Shown here: in pieces, positions 58,560-64,000 of the stretch
Layout of the letters: each line of letters starts with the position of its first letter
Position numbering within the stretch: the first letter of the stretch is position 1
NCBI GenBank assembly: GCA_001687465.1
Contig: LVLI01000228.1
Coordinates: 1 to 64,000, forward strand
From: Halocafeteria seosinensis
Taxonomy: Eukaryota
Length of the DNA stretch: 64,000 nucleotides
Reading direction: 5' to 3'
Translations under genes and position numbers: made by a program
Notes under the pieces: generated by a model
Told to the model about the DNA's origin: nothing
Seen by the model: only the letters and a program-made list of their open reading frames with translations
Databases searched by the model: none

Positions 58560-61500
58560 ATGACGGAGACGAAGAGAGAAGGATGCTGCCAGTATTTTGC
58601 GGTCTTTTTCATCACGGTGGCCACTATTCTCGGGACAGGCATTGTACGTTGATTTTGTGAATGCTATGATGTATGGTGTGGTGGTGTCTAATGTGTGTGT
58701 ATGTGTGTATGGAATGCGCGCAGTTGGGACTTCCCGTGGACTTGGCCAATGCTGGCTTCTTTCCCTTTATTGCCACATTTGCCATGTGTTTAGCGATGCA
58801 GCTTGCTGTGGTCTGGCTGATGACGGATCTACTACAGAGAGCCCATATCGAGCTGATGCAAGCACGACTACTCCGGTTATTTGAGGACCACGAGGAAGAG
58901 GAGGAGCAGGGACGAACACCAAAAAATGGAATACGACGTCGTTCGTTGGACAGTGAGACAATCAAAGTCGGACGAACAGAACGCCGTCGGCGGTACAGTG
59001 ATGATCCCAAGGAAACATCCAGTACAGTCTCGGAGGCGGAGACCGATACACCACCGTCTGCGTCGTCCCCTGGACAACAACAAGGCCCAGGAGAAGGAGG
59101 AGCTGCCGCCGCTTCGGCAAGAGCAATGGCAACAGTATCGGACTATGACCATTATAGCGGAAAGCAGCGGGGAGCATCTTCAAAGAAGAAAGCAAGTCGG
59201 AAAGTGGGTGTTGGAGGTGCAAAGCACTCTGCAGAGTCGGCTACGCAGGATCCTCATGTGGAGAGTCTTTTAGAATTTAAGGAGAGGACCTTGGTTAGCG
59301 AAGAAACTACCCCTTTGCATGGACAAGACATCGATATATATCAGTCCGAAGAAGCATCGTCAGAGGCTGCAACCCTGTCCAGAGGGAAGAGCGACCAAGA
59401 AGCTGAGGTCGATAGAGTGTTGCGGGAGAAAATCGAGCAGCACTATACTAATCTAATTAGGGAAACAGGAGAAGTTACTACCGAAACGATGGAGCGCTGG
59501 ACAGAGTTGGCTGCATTTGAGCTTCGAGACTCCGCTGTTCGACCTAATCTTCATTCCATGGGGAAAATGTATTTGGGAGTGCAGCTTCAACGCGTTTTCG
59601 ATGCAGCTGTGATGCTTCATTTTGTTTCGGTGCTGATTAGCTACGTGCTAGCTGGAAGTCAGTCGTACCAGGAGTTCATTGGAATACAGTTTGAAATTAT
59701 TATACTTTTGTTCTGTATCGTGTACACGTTTTTCATTGTTGTTGGAGAGCGAGTCATCAAGCCAGTAATCAGTGTGGTCACAACTGTCAAATGCTCCCTT
59801 CTCATACTTATGATCGGTATCGTCGGCTTTGTTTCCCTTCAAGTGAACATTTCCCCTTGGAATAAATGGAGTAAAATTATGGAGCCCTTTCTTCTGGGCA
59901 CTGTGGCTTTGGGCGGTGTCGTTAACATCCTGCCGGTTGTATATTCCAACGTTCCACTACGGAAATCGTCCATAAGCAAATTCAGGTTTGCAGTCTCCGC
60001 GGGGGTCACAACGTGCTGGGTGTTGAACATTATGTGGGCGTTCTTTGTGTTAAAGATTGTTCCCCAAACTGTAGAAGAGGAAGGCGAAGTCTCTCTGGAA
60101 AATTCAAAGCGCAACGGGGAGATCTCAACCGCGCCTGTCATTGATGTAATCGATCAAGACTACGAGAAATACCATTGGGTATCAAATCTCGTTACATCGT
60201 TTATTATTCTGAGCGTTAGCGTGAGTTATTTGACGTTGGGAACAGGTATGAAACACGTCCTTGATGGATATGTAGACCAGAGGTTCGAGCGACTTGATGA
60301 AGAACGTAGGGAAGAGAGAACCAACGGTACGGAAATTGCGGAAACATTCAACGGTGTTAATGATAGGGAAAATGTGTTTGCTAAAGAAACCAACATAGGG
60401 AGGAACACAGCTCAAAAAGAAGACGCTGATGGGAACAGGCTCTGCCTGCGCTTTTGCGAACAGCTCATGAGACTATTTCGCTATTTATTCATGTTCCTTG
60501 TTACACTACTACGGAAAGGATGCGCTTCACTAAAGGCTCCCGCTATGAAAATAAGTCTGTATACGTTCTGGTTTGGTGTAATCTTGGTGATAGCTATTTC
60601 GAATCCTCAAGGGTTTCTCGTCGTGTTGGAAGTGTTCACGTCCCTTGCTTTAAATGTCGAATCTGGATTCTTTATAGGCCTCATGTGGTATTCTGCACGA
60701 AAGAGATCGCTGAAGCAACCTTCATTATCGTACCACGAAGATGCTGGCAGCAAACGACGGAACCCACCAAGACTTCAAGAAGCTGTTCACTTCATGAAAT
60801 CTCCGAACCTCCTGTCGGATACTTTCGGACATTCTTCAATGATATTGACCATCATCACGTTTCTATTTGCTGTGGTGTACGACATAGGTGAAGCTTTATC
60901 TCGACTGATACATCCGGAAATGACTACTTGGGTTCTTTCCGCCATAGGTTGCTTGACAATAATTAATGTCGCTCTGCCTCAAACAGAAGCGCTTGGCTAC
61001 TATTGGCACTTTTACTACGGACTGCCGGTTCCCTTGACATTCCCAAAGGACTTCGGGTTTGGAGACAATGCTGCCTTGACGTTGCAAAAGCAACCCTGCG
61101 AGCTCGGTTCACGGATGGCCGCAAGCATTTGGAGAGCCTTCGCTTCCCGGTGGCGACGAGAACTGTGGTGGCCTAGTGTGACTGTAGTATTTGCTTTTGC
61201 TTCCTTGCTTGTATCCACTCCTACCGGCGGAAATTTTTCCTGGTCTCGGGACAGGCTAACATACATAATTCTGACCTTGGGCGGGATCGTATTCCTGCTT
61301 TTTGGTCAGGTACTGCGAGGTCGTTACCTGCTGCGCCGCCCGGTACTTAGCCGACATGATACGCATTCGGAGCATACTCATCTCAACTCCAACTGGCACT
61401 TGAACCGTACCGCTTTTAGGGTGTCTTGCATTTTATCTGCCCTTTGTCCAGGTTGTCTTGCTTGTGCATGTGGCTTCATGTACAGATATTCCGAGTGGGA

Positions 61501-61675
61501 AAGTCTTGGGTTGTTAGTCGTGACGTTGCCCGGCACGACATTTACAATTCTTGCACATTTAGCACAGCGTTCTGTACTTGTTTCTTTTTTGTATCGAACG
61601 CAGTTAGGGGAGGCTTCGTCTCAAGACGTATCGAAATTGAGGAACTTGGAGAGGGATAAGCTGATTACCGGGTAA
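58560..61675 (+). CDS. Amino-acid permease (Trp/Tyr permease / Aa_trans-like), 2 exons
   Basis: Intron 58644-58723 restores TM1 ATILGTGILGLP. Also LISYVLAGSQ, GTVALGGVVNILP and SVSYLTLG, with many TM segments. Confidence 0.85.
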
Positions 61676-61678
61676 TAA

Positions 61679-64000
61679 TTACCCACTTCTGAACCGCTTC
61701 GGATCGTTTGAGTAGTCTCCTTCTGCATCTTCAGTGGACCTGTCTGACGACGCTCTGTTTCTACGACGCGACAAAGACAAAGAAGGATCCGAAGAGCAAC
61801 ACTGGGAGGAGCTTGAAGATGCAGACGATGAAGCGAGGATGGCTCGTGCCATCTCGCGAGCGCGTGATACTCTTTCGAGACGCTCAGTAGAGCTCGGGGT
61901 GTGGTAACCACTGGTGGAGTCTTGAGTGTCCTCCTCATTATAGGGAGCGGTCCTTCGGTTAGGTAATGACGGTGCCGTTTTTGCAGGTGCTACCCGCGGA
62001 ATGCTTCGAAGTTGTTCAGGCCGAGGTGGATACGAAGACGGGGTTTGGGATGGTGATAACGTGCTTAGTCCTGGTGGATTAAACGGAGACGGACGGCAGA
62101 GATGGATCAATGCCGCATGCTTGTTATTCAGCTGAAGCGCATTGTTCGAAGTCTGAGCATCGGAGCTGATGTTTTCCCCTCCAGCGGTGTGTACCCGTTT
62201 CTTCAATTTATTGGCTTCGACGGAAGTTGTGCTTGTGGCTGCTTCACTCGAACAACTCTGAGCAAAGTCGCTCCAAACATGAGCCGCACCTTTTTGCCAT
62301 AATCGTTTCCGCGCGTTGATAAACCAGTTATTCAGTTGCTTTCGCGTGATATTTGCTTTCGCTTCAAGATATGCCTTTTCCTTTTCAGTAGGATATGGAT
62401 GCGTAATATGTTCTGGATTGAACATCCACTCTTTAAGAACTGAAATGGCTGCTGGCGGCAAGTTGCGAGAGGGTCGGCTTCTGGATTGATTGTTTCGTTC
62501 GGCTTCAGAACGTGAAATGACCACGTTCGTACTTTCACTGTGACACGTTGCTGCTTCGTTCATTTTGCTCGAGTTCGACTTTCCATTGTAATATCCGTCA
62601 CAGTCGAAGGCTACGGGGATCACCATATCCTTGTCAAACTCAACGTCATAATCAGTTTCGTGATAGTGAAATTCTGAGGGTTTGCTGGAAACGGCTAGAG
62701 CGTGCAGGGTGTTCCACAGCTCTTCCGGCATCTCGCTTGCGGGCAACACGGAGCAAAACATGACGTTCGGACTAGTATTGCTGCCAGCGGAGGGATGGAC
62801 TGACTGTAGGAGGTAAGAAGACACCCAACTGCTGTCCAAGCGATTGACAACCTTCCTCAATAGGTATTTCTTCAGTCGAACAACCTCAGCATCACGACGT
62901 GACTGGATCTTCTTCCTGCTGGAGAGGAATGTCGCTGGAAACGAGTAAGTTATTCGACGAGAGTAAAACGCGGCGTACGTGTGATGGCTTTCGCGGCTAT
63001 TCAATCCTGACGAGCAGATAGAAACATCTTTAAGCATCGGCTGCAAGCGTTTCCGTACTTCGCTAATGTCATACGAGTCATCTTGCTGGACTAGAACCCA
63101 CTTGGAACCTCGCCTTTCATCAAACAACGGGGACTCATATTTGAAAGCAGTAATGTGTTCATGAAGGTACTTAGAGACTTTGCTCTGCCTTTCAGGACTG
63201 CACACGAAATACAAATCAACTAACTCCTGTCGAACGACCTCCCCGTCTGCTACCACCTCTCGATACTTATTCTTGTGCTCAGCAACGTCCCCACTACTAT
63301 ACGTCCAATCACCCATGGTATCCTTCCTCACTTGTTCCTCTTTTACAAGAGCCTGCTTCCCACGGAACAGAGGTAGACGATTCGCAAGGCTTGGAAAAGC
63401 ATGAGCTATATGGTCCGCAATTTCCTTGGTAAGGCACACTTGGCGAAGCAACAAGGGGTCCGTCTGTACCCACGCAAGTATGTCACTATAAGTATACGCA
63501 GGTCGAGGAATAGGAAAGCGCAATGGAACTTGATTTGGATACTCATGTCCGGTAGCACGTTTCCCATGTAGAGCAAAAACAGGCGCATCATTGTAGCGAG
63601 CCATGTGCCCGTCACGGTCAGAAATCACTTTGTTTGAAGCCGTTACAGGAAAACCACAGGTTCTCCAAACGTGCGGAAGAACTGAAAGGTGATATTGCAT
63701 TAGCGCACACATCGACACTTTCGCAGATTGCCTTATCATTTGCGGTATTTCAAAGTGACAATCATTCAACCACTGAGCATTGCCGCCTTTGGACATATTG
63801 CCGGCCCCTGTTCCCAGTTGTTCGCTCTTTCCCGTTTCGTTCTCTACGTTTCCTCCATCTCTTAATGAAGCTTCACTATCCTCACGTGACGAATAGCAAG
63901 AGCTCTGCAAGGTACGCGCCGGATTACTGGCAGATCCAGATGATGGACAAGTCTCGTAGGGCTGAAACGAGTCTTGCGATTCGGGGACACTATACGACAT
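61679..64000 (-). CDS. TALE-class homeobox transcription factor; may extend beyond the window
   Basis: NLPPAAISVLKEWMFNPEHITHPYPTEKEK...QLNNWFINARKRLW contains the PYP loop and WFINAR. Confidence 0.9.
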   Translation of the reverse strand: MSYSVPESQDSFQPYETCPSSGSASNPARTLQSSCYSSREDSEASLRDGGNVENETGKSEQLGTGAGNMSKGGNAQWLNDCHFEIPQMIRQSAKVSMCALMQYHLSVLPHVWRTCGFPVTASNKVISDRDGHMARYNDAPVFALHGKRATGHEYPNQVPLRFPIPRPAYTYSDILAWVQTDPLLLRQVCLTKEIADHIAHAFPSLANRLPLFRGKQALVKEEQVRKDTMGDWTYSSGDVAEHKNKYREVVADGEVVRQELVDLYFVCSPERQSKVSKYLHEHITAFKYESPLFDERRGSKWVLVQQDDSYDISEVRKRLQPMLKDVSICSSGLNSRESHHTYAAFYSRRITYSFPATFLSSRKKIQSRRDAEVVRLKKYLLRKVVNRLDSSWVSSYLLQSVHPSAGSNTSPNVMFCSVLPASEMPEELWNTLHALAVSSKPSEFHYHETDYDVEFDKDMVIPVAFDCDGYYNGKSNSSKMNEAATCHSESTNVVISRSEAERNNQSRSRPSRNLPPAAISVLKEWMFNPEHITHPYPTEKEKAYLEAKANITRKQLNNWFINARKRLWQKGAAHVWSDFAQSCSSEAATSTTSVEANKLKKRVHTAGGENISSDAQTSNNALQLNNKHAALIHLCRPSPFNPPGLSTLSPSQTPSSYPPRPEQLRSIPRVAPAKTAPSLPNRRTAPYNEEDTQDSTSGYHTPSSTERLERVSRAREMARAILASSSASSSSSQCCSSDPSLSLSRRRNRASSDRSTEDAEGDYSNDPKRFRSG

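Noticed and set aside
1..64000. tRNA, rRNA or telomeric arrays
   Set aside because: None were recognised by eye. tRNAscan-SE or Infernal would be needed to exclude small RNA genes.

Overview
This is a gene-dense eukaryotic window with short GT-AG introns (the ones I read are about 55-125 nt). It is probably from a stramenopile protist, based on a stramenopile-type TALE homeodomain and an oomycete-like promoter motif; that assignment is inference. Host genes are DHX35, an archaemetzincin-like pseudo-protease, EMP70/TM9SF, COQ8, a mucin-like surface protein, an FMO, an INTS4-like HEAT protein, a FUSC/ALMT-like transporter, two GLUG-repeat surface proteins, a GST, uL4m, an NHE8-like antiporter, NSUN5, an ankyrin-U-box E3 ligase, an amino-acid permease and a TALE homeobox factor. 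Islands of mobile-element DNA lie between them. The most striking is about 45.1-47.55 kb, a patchwork of a CRE-like reverse-transcriptase piece, several minus-strand pieces resembling virophage genes (including a packaging-ATPase fragment missed by the ORF track) and a hairpin-repeat array. A second island at about 8.1-12.4 kb carries an intact, intronless, bacterial-type AAA-ATPase + PD-(D/E)XK nuclease gene next to CRE retrotransposon debris. A truncated MULE transposon sits at about 17.7-19.6 kb. All family calls come from motif recognition by eye; no database searches were run.
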